From Bacteroidota bacterium (GTDB lineage Bacteria; Bacteroidota; Bacteroidia; UKL13-3), in contig CANHGM010000002.1 of assembly GCA_947460345.1 (NCBI GenBank), positions 113,504-177,503 on the forward strand: a DNA stretch of 64,000 nt. Reading direction: 5' to 3'. Below the pieces are notes generated by a model. That model searched no databases and was not told where the DNA came from. It saw nothing but the letters and a program-made list of their open reading frames with translations. The position numbers and the translations under genes are program-made. This document shows, in pieces, positions 39,378-49,696 of the stretch (position 1 is the first letter of the stretch; every line of letters begins with the position of its first letter).

Positions 39378-41693
39378 TTACTTATGAAGAACTAGTCTTT
39401 TTGTTTCTACATGTTGTTTTTGGTCATATATTTTTAAAAAATAGGTACCATTAGTATATGAAGAAAGGTCTAATTGCTTTGAGTATTCAGTATGAATTAA
39501 TTGTCCCATAACAGTATATATTTCAACTTTATCAAAATATAACAATGATATATTTACTATACCTGAAGTTGGGTTTGGGTATACTTTTAAATGATTTATA
39601 GATACATCATTAATTCCAACTTTATACCATGATATAGCATGTTCAGTTTCTATGGCATTTAATACTTCTTTTGTTGAAGCATCAGATACTAGACCTACAA
39701 TATGTATTTCATCTGCATCAAAAGAATCAGGTACTATATAGGTATATTTTTTTGAGTATGATGTTCCGTCAGTTACAGAAGTAGGGATAATACCAGAAGC
39801 ACCTAAGAATCCGTCCATAATTTTTCTAGCTACAAAATCATAGTGCATATCTATAGCCGGAATCGGATTAGACTTGTTTTCAAAACCGCCCATTGGTCCG
39901 TATTTCCCACCTGAATAATAATTATGTTGCTGATATAATGTAGAATCAATTGGTTTATTCCAAGTAACATCATTTTCATATATAACGCTGTTGAAATTCC
40001 AATTAACATTTATACTAACAGCAGGCATTGCATTTACACTATAATCTAGACGTCGTGTAGCTGGATCAAAATATATATTAGTTATACTCACATCTACCGG
40101 TGTTGGTTCGTCAATTCTCTTTTTGAAGTAAGATTCAACAACATCTGGATCAACCCCTCTTGCAGAAGCTTGACGATCTACAGCAATTCCAGGAAAACTC
40201 CCGAATTTATGATTAATCATTCCATTTGCATACATGGTATCTTTCATTGGCTCCGGTACGCTTCCTCCATGCACCGCAACTCCTATAAACGTTGTAGGGT
40301 ATTTTGATTTCATACTGTCCATATAAACCGTTCCTCTTGGGCACCATGAGCACCAAGTTCCAGTTCCTTCTTCTGCGAAAACTCTTTTGGTAGGCAAACT
40401 AGAAAGTGCAATCACATTTTTAGAAACTTTATTGTCATTTAAGAAACCATCGGTTCCTCCATTTACATTAGTAATATTAACTGAAATGGTATGTGAACCT
40501 ACGGCCAAATTGGCTGGAATATTGTGAACAAAATCTATGGTTGAGCCGTAAGGAATATTAATACCCGTTACTGAATATATTGGCGAAGTAAGACCTCCAT
40601 CAACATTGTAGGTTACATCATACGAAGTCATAGGATACAAGCTATTATTCTTTATTGAACCTGTAATATCAGTATTTCCTTTGGCTACATACTTCAAAGT
40701 GTTTATCGTTAAAACTGATGCATCAATTGCATGCCTTGCTACAATGGTTTTGGCTAAGGTGTCATCAGAGTAATTATTATCCATTCCTCCATTTATATTG
40801 CTAATGGCAACTTTTATATAATTCAAACCTGCTGTGAGATTTTTAGGTACATTATGTGTGAAACTATAAAATGCCCCTGGGGCTATATTTACTCCGGTGA
40901 CAGAGTATATAGCAGATGCTGTTGAATTTTGAATATAGGTTACATCAAAAGAAACAATATTTGTAGTTCCATTGTTCTGGATTTTACCGTTTATATCAGT
41001 GTTGCCAACCGGCACCAAATCAGGGGTTGAAATTTGCTGCAAGGTGGCATTAAGAGTGTAGGTAGTATCTGTAACAACACCATTATATACTTTCAGATTT
41101 TTCCACCATCCTTTAAATGTTTTGGTAGAAGCAGTATTTTGAGAATATATCGCATTGGCTGTTGCTCCGCCATTTCTGTTAACGATGAGCACCGGCAAAT
41201 CAACCGCAAATACATTGTCGATATATAAAGATAATTTTGTTCTATCATAATTCAATTTTGCATGATACCAAGTATTCGGATTAATTGTGGTGGTTGAGGT
41301 TGCATTTACAGCATTATCATTTGCGAAAACACCCGCCTTCATGGTTGAGCCATTTGATACAATAGTAAATGCCGCCAATCTATTTCCACCATCTACGAAT
41401 ACCGGATAAGTTCCATTTGAAAACGTTCCATCAATTTTAAAATCGATGGAAATAGAGAAAGGCATGCTTTTTAGTCCCTCGATTTCATTGGTTACCCCAT
41501 AACTCACTTGATAGGTCCCATCAAAGTAAACACCATCATTACCAAAAACTCCTTTGTTTATTGTAACAAAATTACCATTTCCAGTGGTATCATTTCCATT
41601 TGCTGCTAAAGGAAAATGTGCCAATAACGACTGAGCCTCAAGATTTAACCCGATTAGAATGGTTAAAAATAAAAGCGTAAATTTATTTTTCAT
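39378..41693 (-). CDS. T9SS type A C-terminal sorting-domain cargo protein with CxxC thioredoxin-like/Omp28-related central region
   Basis: 771 aa with a signal peptide, a WCSWCP motif, and a C-terminal roughly 80-aa Por-secretion tail (VYPNPTSGIVNISL...GTYFLKIYD). Confidence 0.55.
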   Translation of the reverse strand: MKNKFTLLFLTILIGLNLEAQSLLAHFPLAANGNDTTGNGNFVTINKGVFGNDGVYFDGTYQVSYGVTNEIEGLKSMPFSISIDFKIDGTFSNGTYPVFVDGGNRLAAFTIVSNGSTMKAGVFANDNAVNATSTTTINPNTWYHAKLNYDRTKLSLYIDNVFAVDLPVLIVNRNGGATANAIYSQNTASTKTFKGWWKNLKVYNGVVTDTTYTLNATLQQISTPDLVPVGNTDINGKIQNNGTTNIVSFDVTYIQNSTASAIYSVTGVNIAPGAFYSFTHNVPKNLTAGLNYIKVAISNINGGMDNNYSDDTLAKTIVARHAIDASVLTINTLKYVAKGNTDITGSIKNNSLYPMTSYDVTYNVDGGLTSPIYSVTGINIPYGSTIDFVHNIPANLAVGSHTISVNITNVNGGTDGFLNDNKVSKNVIALSSLPTKRVFAEEGTGTWCSWCPRGTVYMDSMKSKYPTTFIGVAVHGGSVPEPMKDTMYANGMINHKFGSFPGIAVDRQASARGVDPDVVESYFKKRIDEPTPVDVSITNIYFDPATRRLDYSVNAMPAVSINVNWNFNSVIYENDVTWNKPIDSTLYQQHNYYSGGKYGPMGGFENKSNPIPAIDMHYDFVARKIMDGFLGASGIIPTSVTDGTSYSKKYTYIVPDSFDADEIHIVGLVSDASTKEVLNAIETEHAISWYKVGINDVSINHLKVYPNPTSGIVNISLLYFDKVEIYTVMGQLIHTEYSKQLDLSSYTNGTYFLKIYDQKQHVETKRLVLHK

Positions 41694-41904
41694 ATATTAT
41701 ATGCGTAGTCGCCACATTAATTGTTAAAGTTGTTAAATATTAAGAAAAAAACTATGCAAATATAAACCTTCAATTGGCATTGTGCTAAAATTGCAGTTTA
41801 TTAAATGAGAAAGATACAGTATGATAAAGAATATCAGATATTTATTTATTCTTAAGCAGTTTAAATCATCTCAAATTTGAGAATATCTACTTATAAGTAC
41901 TGAC

Positions 41905-42822
41905 TTATTTAACAATATATCCTATATTCACAAGTCCATTTATTTGTTGAATAGTTTGAGAAGTATATGTATTAAATGTATATGGTTGTTTTAAAGTAGC
42001 TGAAACAAAAAACGAATTGATAAACCAATCAATACCAATATTGAAAGAGGCTGTCTTAGAGCCAGATTGCAAGTTAGTTATGCTGTATGATTTATCTTTT
42101 TGTACAGAGATATATTCTAAACTGATATGGGGTAACACATAATTACTACATCCTTTTCTTGTTTGATAATATAATTGTATTTGAGAGCTCAAAACATTGC
42201 CCATTTGAAAGTCGAGTTCGTTTTTAAAATTCATCATATATTGTGTAACAGAGTTTAGAATGAATTTGTCCTTTTTATAAGTTAGTTGATTATTCAAATA
42301 CACAGCATAGGCTCCATTTCCAGTTTGCAGACCTACGGGATACATGGTTTTATCAATATTTCGTTGTTGGTATTTACCCGTGTTCAATTTCAAACCCGTA
42401 CCAATCCACCACATTAATTTTTGACTTGACGAATCGTTGATTTTAATTGCAGAATAATTTACAAAAATATTGGCATCCCCTAAGCCATTTATTATATTGC
42501 TTGTGTTGCTTTGTTCTCTTATGATGTTTTTATATGGCAGTGTTAAAATGGTTTGTATACGCTTGTTTGGATAATACCTAAACCATGCGTCGTAGCTGTA
42601 GTAATGGTCTTTTAGAACTCTTTCGTTGCCGATATAATTGTCAGGAGTATTTGGATGTTTAAACGAATTATATGAGAACCTGAACCCATATATATTTTTA
42701 TTGAATTGTGGTAGAATTCCATTGATATTAGAACCTGCTATTCCACAACCACATATATCACAAGCTGAAATATTGATACTAAAGAAACTTATATATATTA
42801 GTATTAGAATTTTTATTTTCAT
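41905..42822 (-). CDS. Hypothetical outer-membrane protein; mature N-terminus begins CDICGCG
   Basis: 305 aa with a signal peptide and a beta-rich sequence ending in aromatic residues. The last gene of the peroxidase cluster, with a 4-nt overlap with the upstream gene. Confidence 0.3.
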   Translation of the reverse strand: MKIKILILIYISFFSINISACDICGCGIAGSNINGILPQFNKNIYGFRFSYNSFKHPNTPDNYIGNERVLKDHYYSYDAWFRYYPNKRIQTILTLPYKNIIREQSNTSNIINGLGDANIFVNYSAIKINDSSSQKLMWWIGTGLKLNTGKYQQRNIDKTMYPVGLQTGNGAYAVYLNNQLTYKKDKFILNSVTQYMMNFKNELDFQMGNVLSSQIQLYYQTRKGCSNYVLPHISLEYISVQKDKSYSITNLQSGSKTASFNIGIDWFINSFFVSATLKQPYTFNTYTSQTIQQINGLVNIGYIVK

Positions 42823-43832
42823 GGTTTGTTGTAAATTTTATTTTGAATAAACTCAAAGTCAGTTAAGGTGTTTAAAAACGCTTGTAACTCTTGTTTTTCC
42901 TTGGCATTTAATTGGATTTTTTTTCTGAGTCTCGTATCTAAGTTAGGTACTTGTAGAATATTCTCTGAGTAGTGTTCGATAACTTTTTCTAAAGTACTAA
43001 ATCTACCATCATGCATATATGGAAACGTTAATGCAATATTTCTTAAACTTGGTATTTTAAATTTGCCTTCATCATTGGGGTCTAAAGTTATTAAATATCT
43101 TCCTTTGTCTGCGTATATACTATCAATTCCGTTATTGGCAAATTCAAAATTGCTAAATAGTGGCTCAGTGTGGCATTGTTGACAATGTTTTTTAAATAAC
43201 ATATATCCATTATTCTCTTCACTAGAATATAAAGTTTTAACTTGTCTAACTTTGTCGTATTTAGAACTGAAAGATTGAAGATTGCCAATAAACTGAGCTA
43301 AGGCATAAAAAAGTTTCTGGTCATTTATACTATCAATTTTGAAAGTAGTTTTAAACTTTTCTCTATATGTTTTGTTCCTATTTAGTTTTTCTATCACATG
43401 CATCATGTTTTCATTCATTTCAAGATGGTTGGTAATAGGTGCTAAAGGCATAGTCTCTATGTGATTTATACCACCATCCCACATAAAACTTGAATTCCAT
43501 GATAAGTTAAATAAAGCTGGTGAATTTCTTTTGCCAATTAAATTGTTAACGCCTTTGCTAAATGCTAAATTTTGATCAGCAAAAGCATGAGATTGGAAAT
43601 GACAACTTGCACATGATATGCTGCTATCAGATGATAAAATTGGGTCATAAAACAACAGCTTGCCTAACTCAAACCCATTTTGTGTAAGTGGATTGTTTGT
43701 GAATTCGTATATAGGTTTTGGAATATAGCTAGGCGTCTCAAACTTGAAGGTGTTATCTGACGGAATTGTCGTTTCATCTTTATTGCATGAAAATATAACC
43801 AATGAAAGGAATAGAAGAACTATTCCTTTCAT
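42819..43832 (-). CDS. Di-haem cytochrome c peroxidase (CCP/MauG/MbnH family)
   Basis: Start taken at ATG 43832 (lipoprotein signal MKGIVLLFLSLVIFSC). Two haem-binding motifs CASCH and CQQCH with the expected spacing, plus a conserved distal Trp/Met region. Confidence 0.8.
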   Translation of the reverse strand: MKGIVLLFLSLVIFSCNKDETTIPSDNTFKFETPSYIPKPIYEFTNNPLTQNGFELGKLLFYDPILSSDSSISCASCHFQSHAFADQNLAFSKGVNNLIGKRNSPALFNLSWNSSFMWDGGINHIETMPLAPITNHLEMNENMMHVIEKLNRNKTYREKFKTTFKIDSINDQKLFYALAQFIGNLQSFSSKYDKVRQVKTLYSSEENNGYMLFKKHCQQCHTEPLFSNFEFANNGIDSIYADKGRYLITLDPNDEGKFKIPSLRNIALTFPYMHDGRFSTLEKVIEHYSENILQVPNLDTRLRKKIQLNAKEKQELQAFLNTLTDFEFIQNKIYNKP

Positions 43833-43854
43833 TGATACATATCTATACATAATT

Positions 43855-44637
43855 TTATGGATGCAAATGCTCAAAATTAAAGCTGTTATAAAAGTCTGTT
43901 GCAGCCTGTTTAGCATCAGCTCCAGGCATCATAATTTTACTTTTGGTAGTAACACCTTCAATTGTATGCCATAATTTGGCAGGATTAGCAGACATATGTA
44001 TTTGAGGTGTAGCACTTGGATTTACATTTAAAGTTGCTCCACCAAAATTTGTCGATTTTTCAGTTACCACATTATTAGCACCTTTAAATCCTCCCAAATG
44101 CAAAGCAAAATCTCCAGTGCTTGAATTTGGTGATTTGCCTTCTGCTTTTATCATGATATAGCCACTATTCCAAGACCAAAACATATTGTTTGTAGTTGAT
44201 AATGCACCTGTTTGTGCACCAGAAACATTTCTCAAACTATCTACACCCAATGTGTATTTCATTTCGGTATATGTAGCAGTTGGGACATTGTTAACAGTTA
44301 ATATAAGACTTGTAGGGTTTGATACGTCTACTAAAAAATAGCTTTCAGGTTGAGACCACCAAGTTCCATCTGATTTTTTAAACTTAATATTGCTCACATA
44401 ATATTTAAATGTTGTAAAAAACATTTTCTCATTTTTCATAGGGTGTAATAAAGTATCATTTAATTTAAACTCAGCACCACTCATTGCCCAAAGGTGCTCA
44501 AATTCAACTTTTACCGAACCAAAAGTCGCACTATTGTTATTGTTATTATTGTTATTATCTGGGTCTTTTTTGCAAGAATTTAAACTTGTCATTAAAACCA
44601 TAGCATATATAAATGCGATATATAATTTATTGTTCAT
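43855..44637 (-). CDS. Lipoprotein, MbnP-like putative copper-binding partner of the peroxidase; contains N8 poly-Asn tract
   Basis: 260 aa with a lipobox (LNSCKKD) and an NNNNNNNN tract after the Cys. Size and placement directly upstream of a MauG/MbnH-type di-haem peroxidase fit MbnP/MbnH pairs. Confidence 0.35.
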   Translation of the reverse strand: MNNKLYIAFIYAMVLMTSLNSCKKDPDNNNNNNNNSATFGSVKVEFEHLWAMSGAEFKLNDTLLHPMKNEKMFFTTFKYYVSNIKFKKSDGTWWSQPESYFLVDVSNPTSLILTVNNVPTATYTEMKYTLGVDSLRNVSGAQTGALSTTNNMFWSWNSGYIMIKAEGKSPNSSTGDFALHLGGFKGANNVVTEKSTNFGGATLNVNPSATPQIHMSANPAKLWHTIEGVTTKSKIMMPGADAKQAATDFYNSFNFEHLHP

Positions 44638-44768
44638 TGTTGTTTTTTTTGTAAATTATTAAAATATTTTTATATAATAAATACCATCAATAAATAGTAC
44701 TTATATTCCAATCACTTATTTATAAAATCAACTGTTTTTAGTGAAAATATTTATAAATGAAAGGTTTT

Positions 44769-44796
44769 AACATATATTTTTTTAGACATATATGTT
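44769..44796. promoter_or_regulatory. Perfect 9-bp inverted repeat aacatatat-N10-atatatgtt upstream of the MbnP-like/peroxidase operon (candidate operator)
   Basis: The palindrome is read directly in the sequence. It lies about 130-160 nt upstream of the 44637 start codon, in the spacer between divergent/tandem minus-strand genes. Confidence 0.3.
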
Positions 44797-44876
44797 AGCA
44801 TCATTCAACACAAAGCATGTTAAAAATGATGAATTAAAAAATTCAATAGCATAATTCTATTGATAAAAAAACAAAA

Positions 44877-45248
44877 TTATTGAGGTGGTTTGAAAATGTC
44901 TTCTACAAATGTGGGTAATAGTATATTTTGATTGTTCAACACTTTAGAAATTGTTGAAGATATTTGAAGAAGGTCGAAATGGTATTGTGGTATTTTTTGA
45001 AAAAATAATATATCTATAGGTAATTTCAAAATAGAAGGTAACTGTTTAGGTGTTTCTTCTTCATCTTGTTCAAGTTGTTTTTTTAGATGGCAGCAACCTT
45101 GACAAGTATTGTTTTCAATATTTCTTTTGATACATAAATTCTTAGCTATCTCAGCTTGGTTAATTTTAAAAGAAACATATATCCATACTTTGCTAAATTG
45201 TTGTGTGAAAACAAGCAGAACTAACCATATGGTGACAACCTTTTTCAA
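44877..45248 (-). CDS. Hypothetical small membrane-anchored protein with Cys cluster (C..C-x-G-C-C-H)
   Basis: 123 aa with an N-terminal TM/signal helix and a CIKRNIENNTCQGCCH cluster. Confidence 0.3.
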   Translation of the reverse strand: MKKVVTIWLVLLVFTQQFSKVWIYVSFKINQAEIAKNLCIKRNIENNTCQGCCHLKKQLEQDEEETPKQLPSILKLPIDILFFQKIPQYHFDLLQISSTISKVLNNQNILLPTFVEDIFKPPQ

Positions 45249-45429
45249 ATTTCAAATTCTTCTTTTTATAGCAATGTATATCTAATCAAGGGCAAAGATA
45301 TGAATTTATATAGTTTAAATTTATGATTCTGGTCACTTTTTTAATTAAAACATTTTAACAATAAAATTACTGTTTAATTAATTTCCTTTTCTCCCTACTT
45401 TTGTGGCTCAAAAATCAAAATTAAATCAA

Positions 45430-46542
45430 ATGATTATAGGCGTTCCTAAAGAAATTAAAAACAACGAAAATAGAGTTGCAGTTACTCCAGCTGGAGTTTC
45501 AGAATTTGTAAAAAATGGACATACAGTGTATGTGCAAGCTACTGCAGGTTTAGGCAGTGGTTTCAGCGACGAAGAATATATAGGAGCTGGAGCTAAAATG
45601 TTACCAACTATTGAAGAAACTTATACAATCGCAGATATGATTGTGAAAGTTAAAGAGCCTATCGAAAGCGAATATAAATTAATTAAAAAAGGTCAACTGT
45701 TGTTTACTTATTTTCACTTTGCTAGTTATGAGCCACTTACTCATGCTATGATAGCTAGTGGAGCTACTTGTCTTGCATATGAGACTGTAGAAAGAGATCG
45801 TAAATTGCCTCTTCTTATTCCTATGAGTGAGGTAGCTGGTAGAATGAGTGTACAAGAAGGTGCTAAATATCTTGAAAAACCAATGGGTGGACGTGGTATT
45901 TTACTTGGAGGTGTTCCGGGTGTGAAGCCAGCTGAAGTAGTAGTCTTAGGTGGTGGTATTGTGGGTACTCAAGCAGCATACATGGCTGCTGGTTTAGGAG
46001 CAAGAGTTACTATTATGGATATTTCATTGCCTCGTTTACGTGAATTAGATGATATAATGCCTGCTAACGTAGTAACTGAATATAGCAACGAGTACAATAT
46101 TCGCAATGCCATAAAAACAGCAGACTTAGTTATTGGTGGTGTTTTAATTCCAGGTGCTAAAGCTCCACATTTAATAACAAAAGCTATGTTGCCATCCATG
46201 AAGAAAGGTTCTGTAATAGTTGACGTTGCAATTGACCAAGGTGGTTGTTTCGAAACTTCTAAACCAACTACACATGCCGACCCCATTTATGTTATAGATG
46301 ATGTAGTTCATTACTGTGTAGCCAATATGCCAGGTGCTGTTCCTTATACGTCTACACTTGCATTAACCAATGCTACATTGCCATATGCTATTCAACTCGC
46401 TAACAAAGGTTGGAAAGTAGCTTGTAGTCAAATGCCCGACTTGAAATTAGGATTGAATATAATTGATGGTCAAATTGTATACAAAGGGGTATCTGATGCA
46501 TTTAATATGCCTTTAAAAAACGTAGACGATTTTTTAGCATAA
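45430..46542 (+). CDS. ald: Alanine dehydrogenase
   Basis: Start at ATG 45430 (MIIGVPKEIKNNENRVAVTPAGV). NAD-binding VVLGGGIVGTQAA, about 371 aa, with the conserved Ald C-terminus. Confidence 0.92.
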   Translation: MIIGVPKEIKNNENRVAVTPAGVSEFVKNGHTVYVQATAGLGSGFSDEEYIGAGAKMLPTIEETYTIADMIVKVKEPIESEYKLIKKGQLLFTYFHFASYEPLTHAMIASGATCLAYETVERDRKLPLLIPMSEVAGRMSVQEGAKYLEKPMGGRGILLGGVPGVKPAEVVVLGGGIVGTQAAYMAAGLGARVTIMDISLPRLRELDDIMPANVVTEYSNEYNIRNAIKTADLVIGGVLIPGAKAPHLITKAMLPSMKKGSVIVDVAIDQGGCFETSKPTTHADPIYVIDDVVHYCVANMPGAVPYTSTLALTNATLPYAIQLANKGWKVACSQMPDLKLGLNIIDGQIVYKGVSDAFNMPLKNVDDFLA

Positions 46543-46570
46543 TCATAAATTTATAATAACAAACCCCTTT

Positions 46571-46612
46571 GTTTAATAGCCAATTACAAAGGGGTTTTTT
46601 ATTTCCATTTTT
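46571..46612 (+). terminator. Rho-independent terminator after ald
   Basis: Hairpin aaacccctttgt...acaaaggggttt, followed by tttttt. Confidence 0.65.
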
Positions 46613-46735
46613 TAAGGTTTGCATACCTCGATTGATAGGCTTATATTTGCCCCCTCTTAAAAAAAAGAGTTAGTTTAATTATTATTTAAATCTAAAAATC
46701 AACATATTACAAAAAGAACTCGACATTAATCAGAT

Positions 46736-49609
46736 ATGAAAAATAAAGGTGCCATTAGGCTTTTTGCCATTTTACTCGCTGTTGTTTGTTTAATACAGCT
46801 CTCTTTTACTCTTATTACTTATTTAACAGAACAAGATGCAATTGATTTTGCTTCAAAAGGTAAAACAGTTGAAGAAAAGAAAAAACTTGAAAAAGAGTTT
46901 ATTGACTCTGTTAAAAACGAAGAAGCATATCCTATATTAGGGTTTACTTATAAAGAGTGTAAAGACCGTGAGATCAACTTAGGTCTTGACTTAAAAGGAG
47001 GAATGAACGTAACTCTAGAAGTTTCTATTCCTGAGTTAATTCAAAACTTATCTAAAAACAACCAAACACCATCTTTCTTAAACGCCTTGAAAGCTGCTAC
47101 TTTAGCCGCTGAAAACAGTCAAGAAGATTATGTTACTTTGTTTGAAAGAGCTTTTAAACAAGGTTCACCTAATGATAAATTGGCTGCTATTTTTGCTAAT
47201 AGCGATAACAAAGACGTTAAACCAACTTCAACTAACGAAGAAGTTATTGTATTTGTTCGTAAAGAAGCCCAACAAGCTATTGATCGTTCATTTCAAATAT
47301 TACGTTCTCGTATAGACAAATTTGGAACTTCTCAACCTAAAATTCAGAAATTAGGTAGCAGTGGTCGTATATTAGTAGAATTGCCTGGTGTTGATGATCC
47401 AGCTCGTGTTCGTAAATTATTACAAGGTACTGCAAAACTAGAATTCTTCCAATGCTACGAAAACAAAGAGTTTAAAGACTACTTTGATAAAATGAACGTG
47501 TTTTTAAGAAACAACAACGCCAGTTCAACTGACACTACTTTATCTAAAGACACTTCAAGCAATGCTGTAAAAGCTAAGCAATTCTATGATTCTTTACCAC
47601 TTTTCCGTTACTTACAACCAAATGCAAGTGATAAAGGCGAGTTAGGCAAAGGACCAATTATTGGTTATACTACAATCAAAGATTCATCAAGATTAAATTC
47701 ATACTTTAATGCTGTAAAAGCTGCAGGTGTTGTTCCTGCTGATATGGCATTTATGTACGATGCTAAAACACTTAAAAATTCTCCTTCAGTAATTCAAATC
47801 TATGCTATCAAAACAGGTAGAGATGGAAAAGCTTTATTAACAGGCGAAAAAGTAATTGATGCCTATAAAGACTTAAACCAAACTGGTGCAATTGAAGTGG
47901 GAATGACAATGAACCCTGAAGGTGCTAAAGAATGGGCTAGAATTACTGCAGCTAATATTGGAAAGTGTATAGCTATTGTGCTAGATAATGTGGTATATAC
48001 TGCACCAGTTATTAATAATGAAATCACAGGAGGTCGTTCTTCTATATCAGGTAGCTTTGACCAAAACGAAGCAGCTGACTTAGCAAATATTTTAAAAGCA
48101 GGTAAACTTCCAGCTCCAGCTCGTATTGTTGAAGAAGCAGTAGTTGGTCCAACTTTAGGTGCTGATAATATCACATCTGGACTTTTATCTTTTGTTATAG
48201 CATTAGCTTTAATCTTAGTATTTATGGTATTCTATTACAGCAATGCAGGTTTGGTTGCCAATATTGCATTATTCTGTAACGTATTCTTCATCATGGGAGT
48301 ACTAGCGTCATTAAACGCGGTATTGACTATGGCTGGTATTGCAGGTATCGTTCTTACCATTGGTTTATCAGTAGATGCTAACATTTTAATATTTGAAAGA
48401 ATAAGAGAAGAACTACACTCAGGTAAGTCTAAAACTTTGGCTATCAGAGATGGTTATAAAGGGGCAATGAGTTCTATTTTAGATTCTAACTTTACGACTT
48501 TATTATTAGGAATAATTTTATATATTTTTGGAACTGGTCCCGTACAAGGATTTGCTACTACACTTATCATTGGTATTCTTACTTCTCTTTTCTCTGCTAT
48601 CTTTATCACTCGTTTAATATTCGAACGTTGGATTGATCAAAATAAAGACATCAGATTTTGGACTCCTTCTACTGAAAATATGTTCAAAAAAATCAATTTT
48701 GACTGGGTTGGGAACAGAAAAAAATACTATATTTTCTCTAGCGTTATTATAGCTTGTGGTATTGCATCATATGCTATCAAAGGTTTTAATTATGGAGTAA
48801 GTTTTGAAGGTGGAAGAAGCTATACTATTGAGTTTAGCCAATCAATAGGGAATAATGAAATTCGTGATGGTTTGAAACCTTTCTTTAATAACGAAGCACC
48901 TGAAGTAAAAACTTTTGGTACTGACAATCAAAAGAAAATCACGACTACTTATTTAATCAAAAGTCAAGATTTGAAAGCAGATTCAGTTGCTGAATATCAA
49001 TTAGAACAAGGTTTAAATAAATTAGCTCCCCAAGGATATAAGTTGGTGCGTCAACAAAAAGTTGGTCCAACTATAGCTGATGATATCAAACAAAATGCTG
49101 TATTCTCTATATTATTTGCTTGTTTGCTTATGTTCTTGTTCATCTTAATCAGATTTAATAAATGGCAATATGGTTTGGGAGCAACAGCTGCATTGTTGCA
49201 TGACGTGTTGATTATTCTTTCTTTCTTTACAATTTTAAAAGGAATTGTGCCATTCTCATTAGAAATAGATGAAGACTTTATTGCAGCGATACTTACAGTT
49301 ATGGGATACTCTATGACTGATACTGTGGTGGTATTTGATAGAATTCGTGAATTCTTAACTCACCACAAAAAGAAAGACCTTGAAGGAGCTGAAAGAATTA
49401 CAGTTATCAATACCGCATTAAACAATACATTAAGTCGTACCTTAATTACTTCATTAACCATATTTATGGTTATCTTATCAATCTTTATATTTGGTGGTGA
49501 AACCATTCGTGGATTCTCTTTCTCATTGTTGATTGGTATCGTTATCGGTACATATTCTTCAATTTGTATTGCTACTCCAATTGTGGTAGACTTTGACAAA
49601 GAAAAATAA
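46736..49609 (+). CDS. secDF: Protein translocase subunit SecDF (fused)
   Basis: 957 aa with an N-terminal TM helix, a large periplasmic domain and two 6-TM bundles. Carries the conserved SecD (GLDLKGGM) and SecF regions. Confidence 0.9.
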   Translation: MKNKGAIRLFAILLAVVCLIQLSFTLITYLTEQDAIDFASKGKTVEEKKKLEKEFIDSVKNEEAYPILGFTYKECKDREINLGLDLKGGMNVTLEVSIPELIQNLSKNNQTPSFLNALKAATLAAENSQEDYVTLFERAFKQGSPNDKLAAIFANSDNKDVKPTSTNEEVIVFVRKEAQQAIDRSFQILRSRIDKFGTSQPKIQKLGSSGRILVELPGVDDPARVRKLLQGTAKLEFFQCYENKEFKDYFDKMNVFLRNNNASSTDTTLSKDTSSNAVKAKQFYDSLPLFRYLQPNASDKGELGKGPIIGYTTIKDSSRLNSYFNAVKAAGVVPADMAFMYDAKTLKNSPSVIQIYAIKTGRDGKALLTGEKVIDAYKDLNQTGAIEVGMTMNPEGAKEWARITAANIGKCIAIVLDNVVYTAPVINNEITGGRSSISGSFDQNEAADLANILKAGKLPAPARIVEEAVVGPTLGADNITSGLLSFVIALALILVFMVFYYSNAGLVANIALFCNVFFIMGVLASLNAVLTMAGIAGIVLTIGLSVDANILIFERIREELHSGKSKTLAIRDGYKGAMSSILDSNFTTLLLGIILYIFGTGPVQGFATTLIIGILTSLFSAIFITRLIFERWIDQNKDIRFWTPSTENMFKKINFDWVGNRKKYYIFSSVIIACGIASYAIKGFNYGVSFEGGRSYTIEFSQSIGNNEIRDGLKPFFNNEAPEVKTFGTDNQKKITTTYLIKSQDLKADSVAEYQLEQGLNKLAPQGYKLVRQQKVGPTIADDIKQNAVFSILFACLLMFLFILIRFNKWQYGLGATAALLHDVLIILSFFTILKGIVPFSLEIDEDFIAAILTVMGYSMTDTVVVFDRIREFLTHHKKKDLEGAERITVINTALNNTLSRTLITSLTIFMVILSIFIFGGETIRGFSFSLLIGIVIGTYSSICIATPIVVDFDKEK

Positions 49610-49631
49610 TTTCAATTTTAAATTATATAAA

Positions 49632-49660
49632 AAACCCGTCAAAAATGGCGGGTTTTTTTA
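49632..49660 (+). terminator. Rho-independent terminator after secDF
   Basis: Hairpin aacccgtcaaaaatggcgggtt, followed by ttttt. Confidence 0.6.
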
Positions 49661-49696
49661 TGAATCATTTAATCTCATATATACCAGTACTAATTA

